The position numbers and the translations under genes are program-made. A stretch of 64,000 nt of DNA. It comes from Spirochaetia bacterium. Its GTDB lineage: Bacteria; Spirochaetota; Spirochaetia; CAKZLE01. This document shows positions 1-11,559 of this stretch, one piece after another. The notes beneath the pieces are model-generated. The model saw only the letters and a program-made list of their open reading frames with translations. It searched no databases and had not been told where the DNA came from. The stretch spans positions 3,776,001 through 3,840,000 of the forward strand of contig OY782041.1 in the NCBI GenBank assembly GCA_963677595.1, written 5' to 3'. Every line of letters begins with the position of its first letter. Position 1 is the stretch's first letter.

Positions 1-1
1 C

Positions 2-205
2 GAGTCGGTCTCGATCGCCGTGATGGGATGTGCCGTGAACGGCCCGGGAGAGGCGTCCCATGCCGACCTCGGCATTACCGGCTATGGGAATGAGGTGGTC
101 ATCTTCTCACATGGTGAGATCTCCGCCCGCGTCACAACCGAAGAGGCTGAGCGTAGATTCTTTGAGGAACTGGAAGCGATACTGAATGAAAAAGATCATC
201 ATTAA
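2..205 (+). CDS. ispG: HMBPP synthase IspG, C-terminal part (truncated by window start)
   Basis: Frame from nt 2 reads [27 protein letters not shown], the IspG C-terminal Fe-S motif (AVMGCxVNGPGE). Confidence 0.9.
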   Translation, partial: ESVSIAVMGCAVNGPGEASHADLGITGYGNEVVIFSHGEISARVTTEEAERRFFEELEAILNEKDHH

Positions 206-3014
206 AGGTGCGAAAGAGCACAACCTGCAGAATATAGACTTGGAACTCGAACGTGACCGGCTCATCGTCGTCTCCGGCATCAGCGGGTCCGGCAAGTCAT
301 CCCTTGCCTTCGACACGATCTTCGCCGAGGGACAGCGGCGGTATGTCGAGTCCCTGTCGGCCTATGCGAGACAGTTCCTCGGCAGGCTCGAGAAACCTGA
401 TGTGGAGTATATCGAGGGGCTCTCCCCCTCGATCGCGATAGAACAGAAGACGACGCACAAGAATCCCCGTTCCACCGTGGGGACCGTGACCGAGATCTAC
501 GACTACTATCGACTGCTCTGGGCGAGGATCGGCGTCCCGCATTGCCCGAAGTGCGGCAAGCCGATCCAGGAGCAGTCCATCGACCAGATCGTCGAGCTCG
601 TGAGTGAGTACCCGGAGAATTCCAGGCTGATGCTCCTCTCCCCGGTCATCCTCGGGAAGAAGGGGGAGCACCAGAAGGTCATCGATGATGCGAAGCGCTC
701 CGGTTTCGCACGGGCCAGGATTGACGGGGAGCTCATCGAGCTATCCGATGAGATCAAGCTGGACAAGAAACGGAAGCATACGATCGAGATCGTGGTCGAC
801 CGGGTCATCCTCAAGGAGGAGAACCATAAACGGCTCGTGAGTTCGATCGAGTCAGCACTGGAACTCTCAGACGGCATCGTCACGGTCGTGCAGATGCTTG
901 CCGATGGTTCTATGGCCAGTGAGACCTTCTCCGAGAAGAACTCCTGCACTGACTGCGGCATCAGCATACCTGAGCTCGAGCCGAGGCTCTTCTCGTTCAA
1001 CAACCCCTTCGGGGCATGTCCTGCCTGCAACGGTATCGGTTCGGTCACCTCCTTCGACCCCGAGCTGCTCATCCCCGACAGGAGCCTCTCCTTCAACGAG
1101 GGGGGGATCGCCTCGATGAACCCCGATGCAGCCTGGAACCGTTCGCTCATGCAGTCCTTCTCGAAGCACTTCGGCTTCACCCTCGATACCCCGCTCTCAG
1201 ACATCGGGGACGATATCTTCTCGAAGATGCTCTACGGAACGGACGAGAAGATCCATATCACCTACCGCAATGAGAAGAACAACGGGACCTATGAGTACGA
1301 GAAGGAGTTTCCCGGGATCATCAATGACCTGAAGCGCCGGTACTACGAGACGAGCTCCCAGGGAATCAGGAAGTGGATGGACTCCTTCATGACAGGTGAT
1401 GACTGCCACGCCTGCTCAGGGAAGCGGCTCAGGCCGGAGGCCCTTGCCGTCCTCATCGAGGGAAAGAACATCATGGATATATCGGCGCTGTCAGTCAAGG
1501 AGGCTCTCGTCTACTTCAACAGCCTCGAGCTGTCAGTGACCAATGCCAAGATCAGCGAGCAGATCCTCAAGGAGATCCGAGAACGGCTCTTCTTCCTCGA
1601 GCAGGTAGGTCTTGACTATCTTACCCTCGACCGTGCTGCAGGGACGCTCTCAGGCGGGGAGGCCCAGAGGATACGGCTCGCTACCCAGATCGGTTCCTCG
1701 CTCACCGGTGTCCTCTATGTACTCGATGAGCCCTCGATCGGGCTTCACCAGCGCGACAACATGAGGCTCATCGATACCCTGAAGCGGCTTAGGGACATCG
1801 GGAACACGCTCATCGTCGTCGAGCATGATGAGTCCACTCTCCGGGAGGCCGATTATATCGTGGATCTCGGTCCCGGTGCAGGGGTGCACGGGGGAAGGGT
1901 CATCGCACAGGGTACGCCTGAGGAAGTGTCTGCAAACCCGGAGAGCATCACCGGGCAGTTTTTAAGCGGCAGGATCTCCATCCCGGTCCCCGAAGTTCGC
2001 CGGGAAGGGAACGGGAAGTGGGTCACGGTCTACAATGCGAGAAGGAATAACCTGAAAGGTATCGATGCCTCCTTCCCCCTCGGGAAGCTCACGATCATCT
2101 CCGGTGTGTCAGGGTCGGGCAAGTCGACCCTGCTCAACGAGATCCTCTTCCCGGCACTCCAGGCACGATTGCAGAAGCGATCCCTGCACAACATCGGCTG
2201 TGACGGGATCGAGGGGCTCGAGCATATCGACAAGGTCATCAATATAGACCAGAACCCCATCGGGAGGACCCCGAGGTCCAACCCGGCGACCTATGTGGGA
2301 CTCTTCACCCCGATCCGCGAACTCTTCGCCTCGCTGCCTGAATCGAAGGCCCGGGGGTACAAGCCGGGGAGGTTCTCCTTCAACGTCAAAGGCGGGAGAT
2401 GCGAGAACTGCCAGGGTGACGGGACGCTCAAGATCGAGATGCAGTTCCTCCCAGATGTCTACGTCACCTGCGATGTCTGCGGCGGGAAGCGTTTCAACAA
2501 GGAGACGCTCGAGGTCAGGTACAAGGGGAAGAACATCCATGACGTGCTCGACATGACTGTCGAGCAGGCCCACGAGTTCTTCTCTGCGATACCGGCTGTC
2601 AGGCATAAGCTCGAGATGCTCATGTCCGTCGGGCTCGAGTACATCAAGCTCGGGCAGTCAGCCCTGACGCTCTCCGGCGGGGAGGCCCAGCGGGTGAAGC
2701 TCAGCCTCGAACTCTCGAAGCGAAGCACCGGCAAGACGTTCTACATCATAGACGAACCGACTACCGGGCTCCACTTCGCCGACATCAAGCGGCTCATGGA
2801 GGTGATCCACCGCCTGGTGGACATGGGGAACACGGTCGTGCTGATCGAGCACAACCTCGATGTCCTCAAGGTCGCTGACCACATCATCGACCTCGGCCCG
2901 GAAGGCGGCGACAGAGGAGGGACGATCCTCTGCGAAGGCACTCCTGAGAATGTCTGCGCATGTGAGCGCTCCTATACGGGCGCTTATCTCTCAAAGGTCC
3001 TGCATGAACGCTAG
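186..3014 (+). CDS. uvrA: Excinuclease ABC subunit A
   Basis: 942 aa; GAKEHNL start, two Walker A ([18 protein letters not shown]), two LSGGEAQR signatures, Zn fingers. Confidence 0.98.
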   Translation: MKKIIIKGAKEHNLQNIDLELERDRLIVVSGISGSGKSSLAFDTIFAEGQRRYVESLSAYARQFLGRLEKPDVEYIEGLSPSIAIEQKTTHKNPRSTVGTVTEIYDYYRLLWARIGVPHCPKCGKPIQEQSIDQIVELVSEYPENSRLMLLSPVILGKKGEHQKVIDDAKRSGFARARIDGELIELSDEIKLDKKRKHTIEIVVDRVILKEENHKRLVSSIESALELSDGIVTVVQMLADGSMASETFSEKNSCTDCGISIPELEPRLFSFNNPFGACPACNGIGSVTSFDPELLIPDRSLSFNEGGIASMNPDAAWNRSLMQSFSKHFGFTLDTPLSDIGDDIFSKMLYGTDEKIHITYRNEKNNGTYEYEKEFPGIINDLKRRYYETSSQGIRKWMDSFMTGDDCHACSGKRLRPEALAVLIEGKNIMDISALSVKEALVYFNSLELSVTNAKISEQILKEIRERLFFLEQVGLDYLTLDRAAGTLSGGEAQRIRLATQIGSSLTGVLYVLDEPSIGLHQRDNMRLIDTLKRLRDIGNTLIVVEHDESTLREADYIVDLGPGAGVHGGRVIAQGTPEEVSANPESITGQFLSGRISIPVPEVRREGNGKWVTVYNARRNNLKGIDASFPLGKLTIISGVSGSGKSTLLNEILFPALQARLQKRSLHNIGCDGIEGLEHIDKVINIDQNPIGRTPRSNPATYVGLFTPIRELFASLPESKARGYKPGRFSFNVKGGRCENCQGDGTLKIEMQFLPDVYVTCDVCGGKRFNKETLEVRYKGKNIHDVLDMTVEQAHEFFSAIPAVRHKLEMLMSVGLEYIKLGQSALTLSGGEAQRVKLSLELSKRSTGKTFYIIDEPTTGLHFADIKRLMEVIHRLVDMGNTVVLIEHNLDVLKVADHIIDLGPEGGDRGGTILCEGTPENVCACERSYTGAYLSKVLHER

Positions 3015-6000
3015 AAGGATACTGCTCATTGGGATGACAGTCCTGCTTCTCATACCGGCTGCCCTCTTCGCAGCCGGGGAGGAGCATCTCCTTGAGAGTT
3101 ACGCCTTCGATATAGCTTACTCTACGCTCCAGGAACTGCGGGCATGGACCGAACGGCTTGGCCTGCGCAGTGACCTGCCCCCTTCAGGACTGCGAAAGGA
3201 GCTCTATACCCATTACGGGATAGACCAGGGGGAATACCAGCTTTCCAGTGGTGACGAGAGCGTGCTGAAAGTCACCATCACCCATGCGGACACCGTGAGC
3301 TATGAGTCCTACATTCGTCTCTCCGGCAATGTCTCGGTCACGATAAGCGACTCCCAGAGCGGGAGCGAGACCTCCCTCTCGGCTGACACGGTCATCCTTG
3401 ACAATGACCGGAAACAGCTCACCGCGATCGGGACGGTCAGGATCGAGGCCCTGCGGGACAAGGAGCAGACGCTCTACACCGCCGATACCATCCTCATAGG
3501 ATATGAGGACATGGACGGCATCTTCAGCAATGCCGTCACGCGTTCTGACCGGGTCAACAGCGAGGAGGATACCATCGAGTTCTACCTCACCGGGAAGCGG
3601 GTCGACCTGAAGGATGGTACCATGCTCCTCGAGGAGAGCTTCCTCACCTCCGATGTGGATAACTCCTACTACGGCCTGCGTGCCGCGAGGATGAAGGCCC
3701 TGCCTGACGGGGACTGGTTCCTCGAGCATGCGGTCCTGACCCTCGGGCGGGTGCCGATCCTCTATCTTCCGTTCTTCTTCTACCCGTCGAACACCTTTGC
3801 CTTCCACCCCTCCTTCGGCTATGATACCGACCGCGGCTGGTTCCTCAATACCAGTACATCGCTGCTCGGTGACGGGCTGGAGAAGCCGGATGGGGAGGAG
3901 TCCTCGTTCTCCTCGTTCATGAGGATGCGTGATATAGCGACGACGCCATACACGAGTTTTGACGGGATGATCCTGACCTACCAGGATGAACCGCAGAACG
4001 ACCTGCAGGAGTGGGCGCATGATACGGATTCGTTCGTGAACCTCTATGCCGATGTGTTCGGTGATACCGGACTGCAGGTTACCCTCGATTCACAATTCAA
4101 GGAGCTGCTCTTCGTCGATGAGCTCTCGCTGTATACCGGGGCAGGCTACGCGGGGAGCAGCGACCTGCGGTACCTGACGGAACTCTCCGCCGCGATAGAC
4201 CAGGACCACCTCGATTTCTCTCTTGAGATGCCGCTCTACTCAGACCCGGACGTGAGGCGTGACCTGCTCACGAGGAAATCCTATTTCAAGCTTGACGATA
4301 TCTTCTCGCGTGACGCGTTCACCCAGAGTTTCTCAGATGTCGATGACTACTCCTGGACGCTTGAGGCCGATGGGAGCTGGGAGGTGAAAGCCATCTCTCC
4401 CTACATCAGGAAGATCACGTTGTCTTCCCTCGATGCGGAGATCTCCTGGGATGATTACGATACGACCACGAAGGAGTATGTGATCGACTCGGTGGTGCTG
4501 CCCGACGGGTCGCTCACGGTCACCGGGACCCTCCTGGACCTGAGTTTCGGTGAGGCGCAGGCTGCAGAGGAGGATTCTCCCGGCAAGCAGGACCTCGGGG
4601 ACTATACCCTCGACTTCTCCCCCGCACCCACCAGCAGGGAAGAACCTGCCGAGACGGTTGAAGAGCAGCTGCTGCCGGACAGGGAAGCTGATGCCAGGCT
4701 CCCGTCAGCCACCCTGGAACTCACCCCGCAGACCTCGGTACCCCTCGGGATCTCCTTGGGCTACGAGATCAAGGAACTCTACAAGAACCAGCTCTTCTTC
4801 GATTCGGCAGACCTCTCCTACCAGGATGTGGACCAGCGGGTGAGCGGGGAGTTGGACCTTGGCCTCGAGCTCTTCGAGGAGCTCCTGTCGTTCTCGGGAA
4901 CCTTTTCCCCTGTGTTCGATATCGAGCACCGGAACAGTTTCGTCGATACCGTCGACCCCTACCATGAGGAGGATACCTTCCTCATCGGGGATCTCAAGGT
5001 TTCCAGCAGGATCCTCGACCTCTCCTACCAGTATTCGTCATACCTCTACAACACCGACCCAGATGATGAGACCGTGCTCAAGCACCGCCTGTCCCTGTCC
5101 CAGAGGGTAGGTGAGGATGAGAGGTATCTCAAGCTCTCCCTCAGGTGGGACCTGCCGCCCCTCGATTCCGTCATCACCCCGTCGGTTTCCCTGCGCTACG
5201 GCAGCAGCGACCTCTCGTTGTCGACAGCGGTATCCTATGATGACCTGCTCGGGACCTACGAGCTCGACCCCATCTCAGTGAAATACGGCTATACCTTCGA
5301 TAACGGTTCGAAGGTCTCCCTTACCTATGACCATGACCTTGATGTGCTCGCCGACTCCATGCTGACCGCGGCACATACCATCTCCCTCGGTGAGGATCTC
5401 TCCCTCAGCGGGGGGTGGTACTTCGACATCTACGAGGACCTCTTCGATTCCGGCTGGGCAAGACTTACCTATGAGAAGGCCTATGCCTCCTTCTGGTTCG
5501 AGAACATCCTCACGCCCACCGCCTATTTCGATACCGGCTTATCCCTCACGAAGTTCAAGGTGGATACCGGTGAGATCTCATTCTTCCAGAGGGCTTGGAA
5601 GGACCGGATCGGTATCGAAGCGGGCTTCGAGAGTTCCTGGTACCTCGATCTGACCGACTTCTATGACAACAGCCTCGATTTCAGGTTCTTCTGCAACTTC
5701 AGCATCGCCGAGTTCCTCGACCTTACCTTCTCCTCCACATCGAAGAACAGTGCGACCTATACCTATTTCCCGGCCTTCAATGACGGTACGACCCCGGGAT
5801 TCCTGGAAGATCTGCTGCTCTCATTCAACTTCTTCAACCGTGATGACCGCCTTGCGTCCAATTTCAACCTTGATTCTCTGCAAGTTGGTATAGTACATTA
5901 CATGAAGGACTGGGATATCCATGCTGATATTATCGGGGGAATAGGGTATAATGATACGAAGAGCACATGGGAGTGGCAGCCGAAGGTCTCCTTCTATGTG

Positions 6001-6084
6001 CAGTGGAAAGCGATCCCCGAACTGGATTTCCAGACCTCCGTCGAGAAGGATGACGATGATACATTCACGCTCGACGTGAAGTAA
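3004..6084 (+). CDS. Large LptD-like outer-membrane protein (OstA-like N-domain plus beta-barrel)
   Basis: ATG 3004 gives signal peptide [23 protein letters not shown]; LptD-like segment LGRVPILYLPFFFYP...FHPSFGYDTDRGWF; long amphipathic beta-strand-rich C-terminus; position after uvrA typical of spirochaetes. Confidence 0.75.
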   Translation: MNARRILLIGMTVLLLIPAALFAAGEEHLLESYAFDIAYSTLQELRAWTERLGLRSDLPPSGLRKELYTHYGIDQGEYQLSSGDESVLKVTITHADTVSYESYIRLSGNVSVTISDSQSGSETSLSADTVILDNDRKQLTAIGTVRIEALRDKEQTLYTADTILIGYEDMDGIFSNAVTRSDRVNSEEDTIEFYLTGKRVDLKDGTMLLEESFLTSDVDNSYYGLRAARMKALPDGDWFLEHAVLTLGRVPILYLPFFFYPSNTFAFHPSFGYDTDRGWFLNTSTSLLGDGLEKPDGEESSFSSFMRMRDIATTPYTSFDGMILTYQDEPQNDLQEWAHDTDSFVNLYADVFGDTGLQVTLDSQFKELLFVDELSLYTGAGYAGSSDLRYLTELSAAIDQDHLDFSLEMPLYSDPDVRRDLLTRKSYFKLDDIFSRDAFTQSFSDVDDYSWTLEADGSWEVKAISPYIRKITLSSLDAEISWDDYDTTTKEYVIDSVVLPDGSLTVTGTLLDLSFGEAQAAEEDSPGKQDLGDYTLDFSPAPTSREEPAETVEEQLLPDREADARLPSATLELTPQTSVPLGISLGYEIKELYKNQLFFDSADLSYQDVDQRVSGELDLGLELFEELLSFSGTFSPVFDIEHRNSFVDTVDPYHEEDTFLIGDLKVSSRILDLSYQYSSYLYNTDPDDETVLKHRLSLSQRVGEDERYLKLSLRWDLPPLDSVITPSVSLRYGSSDLSLSTAVSYDDLLGTYELDPISVKYGYTFDNGSKVSLTYDHDLDVLADSMLTAAHTISLGEDLSLSGGWYFDIYEDLFDSGWARLTYEKAYASFWFENILTPTAYFDTGLSLTKFKVDTGEISFFQRAWKDRIGIEAGFESSWYLDLTDFYDNSLDFRFFCNFSIAEFLDLTFSSTSKNSATYTYFPAFNDGTTPGFLEDLLLSFNFFNRDDRLASNFNLDSLQVGIVHYMKDWDIHADIIGGIGYNDTKSTWEWQPKVSFYVQWKAIPELDFQTSVEKDDDDTFTLDVK

Positions 6085-6096
6085 TAAGGAGTTTCT

Positions 6097-7050
6097 TTGA
6101 AGATAGTCGTAGAAGATGCCGATATACTGCAGCAGCTGTGCGGGGCTGGCGATTCCCATCTGGGATCGATCGAGAAGCTGATCGGTGTGAGACTCAACTA
6201 CCGCGGGAACACGTTCGAGGTCCCGGACACGCTCGATGAGCCACGGAAGGAATTGGTCCGTTCCCTCTTCTCACAGATGGTGCGGTTCATCTCCGAGGGG
6301 TTCGAGCTCGATGAATACCAGATCAACCTCATCTACCATGACCTGCTGCCTGATGGGTTCTACGAGAACGGCGGTGAAGCTCGTCAGTTCGCCCTCGTCG
6401 CTGGCAAGAAGATCCTTGCCAAGAGCCGCCACCAGCGTGATTACCTCAAGGCCATGGATGAGAACCAGGTAGTCTTCGGGATCGGCCCTGCCGGTACCGG
6501 CAAGACCTTCCTCGCGATCGCCAAGGCCCTGGAGTCCCTGCACGCCGGGGAGGTGAAGAAGATCGTCCTCACCAGGCCCGTCGTCGAGGCCGGGGAATCC
6601 CTCGGGTTCCTTCCCGGGGACCTCACGCAGAAGATCTCACCGTACCTCAAACCGCTCTATGATGCCATGGAGAACATGATCAGCCTGCATACGGTAAAGA
6701 AGATGGAGGAGCAGGGGGTCATCGAGATAGCCCCCTTAGCATATATGAGAGGGAGGAGTCTGCAGCAGGCGTTCATCATCCTTGACGAAGCTCAGAATTC
6801 TACGAAAGAACAGATGAAGATGTTCCTGACCAGGATCGGATTCGGGGCGAAGGCGGTCGTCACCGGCGACATCACACAGATCGACCTGCCGAAGAAGCAC
6901 AACTCTGGACTGCTCCATGCTTCCAGGCTGCTTCATGCGATCCCGGGCATCGAGAGTATCATGATGGATACCTCCGATGTGGTACGGAGCCTTCTCGTAA
7001 GAAGAATAATACATGCCTATGAAAAAGAGTCAGAAAAACAGGAGCGGTAG
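6097..7050 (+). CDS. phoH: PhoH-family ATPase (YbeZ)
   Basis: GPAGTGKT, RPVVEAGESLGFLPG, LAYMRGR, DEAQN motifs; TTG start after AAGGAG. Confidence 0.95.
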   Translation: MKIVVEDADILQQLCGAGDSHLGSIEKLIGVRLNYRGNTFEVPDTLDEPRKELVRSLFSQMVRFISEGFELDEYQINLIYHDLLPDGFYENGGEARQFALVAGKKILAKSRHQRDYLKAMDENQVVFGIGPAGTGKTFLAIAKALESLHAGEVKKIVLTRPVVEAGESLGFLPGDLTQKISPYLKPLYDAMENMISLHTVKKMEEQGVIEIAPLAYMRGRSLQQAFIILDEAQNSTKEQMKMFLTRIGFGAKAVVTGDITQIDLPKKHNSGLLHASRLLHAIPGIESIMMDTSDVVRSLLVRRIIHAYEKESEKQER

Positions 7051-9244
7051 GGTATCCCTGAAGCACAGGGTCATCCTCACCGTGCTGACGGTCCTCTGTG
7101 TGGCCGGGATCTCAGCGGTTGACATCCTCCTCCATAAGAGGCTGTCCGATGTCATCGACAAGACCGTGCTCGGGTACCGTGTCGGGGAGCTCGCGACCAA
7201 GGATGTCGCAGCGGATGAGACGGTCTACTACATCGACACGACCGCTACGGCGAAACTCCAGGAGGCCGCGTCACAGGCTGTCCTGCCCGTGTTCAGGATA
7301 TCGCTGACCAGGTCCCTGGATTCCCTCGATACCCTTGATCAGATACGGACGGTCATGCTGGAGGAGATTCCCACCCTCGAGAAGGTCGAACGGATCAATG
7401 AGGCCGGGCTGGATACCTATTTTACCGGTGACAGCCTCCAGGTCGTACTCTCCTATGAGGCACAGGAGCGTGCATATCTGTTCTCCTACATCGAAGAGGT
7501 GCTGATCCAGATCTATGAGAAGGGTATCTGCGCTGATGCGGAACTTGCCGCGGCAGACGACCCTGAGGTGATCTCCCTCCTCCAGGTCAGCACCAGTGTC
7601 GACGGCGGCACGATCGAGTCCGAGGTCCCATCCGGGGACCTGCTCACCCTCGATACCCTGGGAGGGTACCTCGACAGGCTGTTCCTCCAGGACCAGGCCC
7701 ACCTCGGCGAATTCAAGGATACCGCTCTCACCATGGTCACGGCCCTGGCCGAGAACAATGTCATATACGACAGCATCACGACAGAACGGCGCAGGCTCAG
7801 TGCCCTGCAGGGGATCGACCCGGTCATGAAGACCATCGAGGAGGGTGAGCTCATCCTCAAGGAGGGCTTCGTCATCACCGAGGATGACTATGAGCGCATT
7901 CGCGCCCTGGAACAGGTAGCAGTCAGCCAGAGCAGCTATGAGATCATCGGCCGGATCCTCTATTACGCGGCTTCCGTGCTGATCGCCGCGTGGCTGCTGC
8001 TGAAGAACATCCCGCATACCCACCGCAGGGTCCAGTACCTCTATATGTGCCTGACGTTCACCATCATCTACCTTGGTGTCTGCACCCTGCTCATCTTCCA
8101 GGTCTTCGCCCTCGAGATCGAGTATGTCGTCTTCTTCCTGCCGGTCATCCTCTTCTCCATGCTCCTTACGATCATCATCAACCGCAACACCTCGCTGATC
8201 GTCACCGGCCTCCTGGCCGCGCTGTCGATGGCCATACCTGATATAGCCCTGATCGAGACCCTCTACATCCTCGCGCTGGGGCTCATCGGCTCCTACATCA
8301 TCCAGAACGCGAGGAGGAGGCTCGACCTCGTGATCGGGGCCCTCATTGTCTCGGCCCTGAGCGTGCTCCTGATGTTCCTCTCCATGATCATCATGAACCT
8401 CAAGATCGAGGAGATCCTCACCTACAGCATCTTCACCTTCTCGGTGAACCTCATCGCAGGCTTGCTGGTGAGCATCTTCCTGCCGATCCTCGAGCACATC
8501 TTCAACCTCCCGACGACCTTCAGGCTGATAGAGCTGACTACGATGAACTCGAAGACACTCAAGCGCATGGCCGTCATGGCCCGCGGTACCTACAGCCATT
8601 CGGTTGCGGTAGCGGACCTGGCAGAGTCGGCCTGTGAGTCGATCGGGGCCAACCATCTGATAGCCCGTGTAGGTGCCTACTACCATGATATAGGGAAGAT
8701 CGACCAGCCCGAGTACTTCATCGAGAACCAGACCGGAGACAACAAGCATGATGAGATCAAGCCGAGTCTCTCGGTCGTCGTGATCAAGTCCCACGTGAAG
8801 CTCGGGATAGAGAAGGCGAAGGCGATCGGCCTGCCGCAGGAGATCATCGATATCGTGGCCCAGCACCACGGGAGCGATCTGATCAGCTACTTCTACCGCG
8901 AGGCGCTGATCAACTCCGACAAGGACAAGGACAAGGGCGGCCGGATCGCACCTGAGGACTTCTCGTATAACGGGACCCCTCCCATGACGAGGGAGGCTGG
9001 TGTCGTCATGCTCGCCGACAGCGTGGACGCGGCATCGAGGACCCTGAAGCAGCCGACCACCTCGAAGATCGAGAAGCTCATCTGGAAGATATTCATGGAT
9101 AAGATCGAACACCGGCAGCTCGTCCACTGTGACCTCTCCCTCCATGACCTGGAGAAGATCAAGAACAGCTTCATCATCATCCTTGCCGGCCGGTACCATA
9201 CGAGGATCGAGTATCCTGACCTGCCTGAGGAGGCGAAGAAGTGA
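7013..9244 (+). CDS. 7TM-HD (HDIG) phosphohydrolase, PgpH-like c-di-AMP phosphodiesterase
   Basis: N-terminal TM, extracytoplasmic domain, 7 TM helices, GTYSHS...YYHDIGK...HHG...MLADSVDAA; canonical phoH-HD-ybeY context. Start could be 7019. Confidence 0.88.
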   Translation: MPMKKSQKNRSGRVSLKHRVILTVLTVLCVAGISAVDILLHKRLSDVIDKTVLGYRVGELATKDVAADETVYYIDTTATAKLQEAASQAVLPVFRISLTRSLDSLDTLDQIRTVMLEEIPTLEKVERINEAGLDTYFTGDSLQVVLSYEAQERAYLFSYIEEVLIQIYEKGICADAELAAADDPEVISLLQVSTSVDGGTIESEVPSGDLLTLDTLGGYLDRLFLQDQAHLGEFKDTALTMVTALAENNVIYDSITTERRRLSALQGIDPVMKTIEEGELILKEGFVITEDDYERIRALEQVAVSQSSYEIIGRILYYAASVLIAAWLLLKNIPHTHRRVQYLYMCLTFTIIYLGVCTLLIFQVFALEIEYVVFFLPVILFSMLLTIIINRNTSLIVTGLLAALSMAIPDIALIETLYILALGLIGSYIIQNARRRLDLVIGALIVSALSVLLMFLSMIIMNLKIEEILTYSIFTFSVNLIAGLLVSIFLPILEHIFNLPTTFRLIELTTMNSKTLKRMAVMARGTYSHSVAVADLAESACESIGANHLIARVGAYYHDIGKIDQPEYFIENQTGDNKHDEIKPSLSVVVIKSHVKLGIEKAKAIGLPQEIIDIVAQHHGSDLISYFYREALINSDKDKDKGGRIAPEDFSYNGTPPMTREAGVVMLADSVDAASRTLKQPTTSKIEKLIWKIFMDKIEHRQLVHCDLSLHDLEKIKNSFIIILAGRYHTRIEYPDLPEEAKK

Positions 9245-9699
9245 GTTGTACGATAGATGTGTTGAGCAGGGTCGAGGATGAGCTCATCGATGTCGGGGAG
9301 GTAGAGGCGTTCCTCGAACGGCTCTGTGCATACCTGGGACTGGACGAACAGGAGTTCTCAGTCACGTTCTGCGGGGACGAGGAGATCGCTGAGCTCAATG
9401 AAGCATACCGGGGAAAGGAGGGACCCACTGATATCCTGTCATTTCCCCAGTCAGAGAATATAGATGATGAGTTCCCGGTGGAAGAATCCTTGCTCGGTGA
9501 CATGATTATATCGGTTGATACATTGAAAAGAAATGCCAAATACTTTAATGTGAGTGAGTATGTGGAATTACACAGGCTCCTGATCCATGGGATGCTCCAT
9601 CTCTGCGGGATGGACCATGGGACGAATGATCCCGGGGAGCCGATGCTGCTCCGACAGGAACAGATCCTAGAGGAGCTTCTGGAGATACGTTTTGAGTAA
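9241..9699 (+). CDS. ybeY: rRNA maturation RNase YbeY
   Basis: YRGKEGPTDILSF, GDMIIS, HGMLHLCGMDH (H3xH5xH) motifs. Confidence 0.95.
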   Translation: MSCTIDVLSRVEDELIDVGEVEAFLERLCAYLGLDEQEFSVTFCGDEEIAELNEAYRGKEGPTDILSFPQSENIDDEFPVEESLLGDMIISVDTLKRNAKYFNVSEYVELHRLLIHGMLHLCGMDHGTNDPGEPMLLRQEQILEELLEIRFE

Positions 9700-10462
9700 C
9701 AGGTTAGCCGATTTCTTCGGCAGATTGATCAGACCCTCTGAAGATAAGGAGACGGTCGAGGAGCGCACCGAGAAGCTGGATATGATCCAGGGGATCGAGG
9801 AGCTCTCGGAGACCACCGTCAAGGAGGTGATGGTCCCGCGGATCGATGTGGAGTTCTTCTCCACGGACATGCCGCTCGGCGACGTGATCAGGGAGATCAA
9901 CACGAAGGGCTTCTCGCGATACCCCGTGTACCGTGAGACGATCGACAACATCATCGGCATGGTCTATGCCAAGGACATGCTCCGGTATGTCGAGAGCAAG
10001 AAGCCGTTCTCGGTGGAGACCTCGATGAGGAAGACCTATTTCGTCCCTGACAGCAAACGCCTCGATGACCTCCTGAAGGAGTTCAAGCTCAGGAAGGTCC
10101 ATATCGCGGTGGCGGTCGACGAATACGGCGGGGTATCCGGCATCATCTGCCTCGAGGATATCCTCGAGCTCATCGTAGGCGACATCCAGGATGAGTTCGA
10201 CAACGAGACGGACGACATCATAAAGATCGCGAAGAACATCTATCTCTGCGAGGCGCGCACCACGATCGACGAGATCAACGAGGCGCTCGACCTCTCGCTG
10301 CCCGACGAGGACTTCGAGACGATCGGCGGCTTCGTCTTCGAGCTCTTCGGGAAGATCCCCGAGGACCTGGAATCGATTAGCTACAAAAATATCGACTTCA
10401 TCGTCCAGAGTATGTCCGGTCATAAGATAAATACCGTTAAACTGGTGATTAAGGACAGTTGA
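9692..10462 (+). CDS. CBS/CorC-domain protein (CorC/TlyC family)
   Basis: VKEVMVPR, FSRYPVY, VDEYGGVSG, LEDILELIVGDIQDEFD, C-terminal CorC_HlyC domain. Confidence 0.9.
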   Translation: MSNRLADFFGRLIRPSEDKETVEERTEKLDMIQGIEELSETTVKEVMVPRIDVEFFSTDMPLGDVIREINTKGFSRYPVYRETIDNIIGMVYAKDMLRYVESKKPFSVETSMRKTYFVPDSKRLDDLLKEFKLRKVHIAVAVDEYGGVSGIICLEDILELIVGDIQDEFDNETDDIIKIAKNIYLCEARTTIDEINEALDLSLPDEDFETIGGFVFELFGKIPEDLESISYKNIDFIVQSMSGHKINTVKLVIKDS

Positions 10463-10467
10463 CTTGA

Positions 10468-10497
10468 TTGACAAGAGTGTCCGTGTTTCTATATAGT
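10468..10497 (+). promoter_or_regulatory. sigma70 promoter of gap operon
   Basis: TTGACA (10468-10473), 18 bp, TATAGT (10492-10497); GGAGG RBS before gap. Confidence 0.65.
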
Positions 10498-10537
10498 TTA
10501 GTCGGTTATATATATACTATTCGGAGGTTCATGTACT

Positions 10538-11539
10538 ATGAAAATTGCTATTAATGGGTTTGGAAGAATTGGAAGGAACGTTTTCAAGATCGCATCCGAG
10601 CGTGAGAACATCGAGATCGTGGCTCTCAATGACCTGACAAGCCCCAAGACTCTTGCACACCTGCTGAAGTATGATTCAACATACGGCGTGTATGACAAGG
10701 AAGTCTCATCTACCGATGATTCTATCATCGTAGACGGTAAGGAAATCAAGATCTTTGCAGTTCGAAATCCTGCTGAACTCCCCTGGGGAGAGCTTGGTGT
10801 CGATGTCGTCATCGAGTCAACCGGTGTATTCACCAAGGCAGAGACTGAGAGGGGCGGTTACAAGGACCACATCAAGGCTGGTGCCAAGAAGGTCATCCTC
10901 TCCGTTCCCGCTAAGGACAAGATCGACCAGACCATCGTCCTCGGTGTGAATGACTCAGAACTCGACCTGTCCAACGATGCGTTCTCGAACGCTTCCTGTA
11001 CGACCAACTGTCTCGCACCTGTTGCGAAGGCTATCAATGACGAGTTCGGTATCGTGAAGGGTCTCATGACCACAGTTCACGCCTACACCAACGACCAGGT
11101 CATCCTCGATGCACCCCACGGCGACCTGAGAAGGGCTCGATCTTCAGCTCTCTCGATCATCCCCACCACAACCGGTGCTGCAAAGGCTGTCGGTCTCGTC
11201 ATCCCCGAGCTCAACGGTAAGCTCAACGGTATGGCTATGCGAGTCCCCACCCCTACAGGATCCATCGTGGACCTCACCATGGAACTGGCTAAGGACTGTA
11301 CTGTCGAGGAACTCAACGCCGCAGTCAAGAAAGCTGCTGAAGGCCCCATGAAGGGGATCCTCCAGTACACCGAAGATCCTATCGTATCGATGGACATCAA
11401 GGGCAACAGCCACTCATCGATCTTCGACGGCCTGTGCACCATGAAGATGGGCGAAGGGTTCTTCAAGATCTGCTCCTGGTATGACAATGAGTTCGGTTAC
11501 TCAACCCGAGTCGTCGACCTTGCGGAGAAACTCGTATAA
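10538..11539 (+). CDS. gap: Glyceraldehyde-3-phosphate dehydrogenase
   Basis: [30 protein letters not shown]. Confidence 0.99.
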   Translation: MKIAINGFGRIGRNVFKIASERENIEIVALNDLTSPKTLAHLLKYDSTYGVYDKEVSSTDDSIIVDGKEIKIFAVRNPAELPWGELGVDVVIESTGVFTKAETERGGYKDHIKAGAKKVILSVPAKDKIDQTIVLGVNDSELDLSNDAFSNASCTTNCLAPVAKAINDEFGIVKGLMTTVHAYTNDQVILDAPHGDLRRARSSALSIIPTTTGAAKAVGLVIPELNGKLNGMAMRVPTPTGSIVDLTMELAKDCTVEELNAAVKKAAEGPMKGILQYTEDPIVSMDIKGNSHSSIFDGLCTMKMGEGFFKICSWYDNEFGYSTRVVDLAEKLV

Positions 11540-11559
11540 TTAACTAAAGGATTTGTGAT

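Noticed and set aside
7271-9199. 642-aa antisense ORF (and similar ones at 59904-60938, 3184-4020, 40458-41243, 9704-10474)
   Set aside because: Exact antisense-frame shadows of real genes. Strong ATC/CTC/GTC/GAG codon bias avoids TTA/CTA/TCA and so removes minus-strand stops; the products show no motifs.
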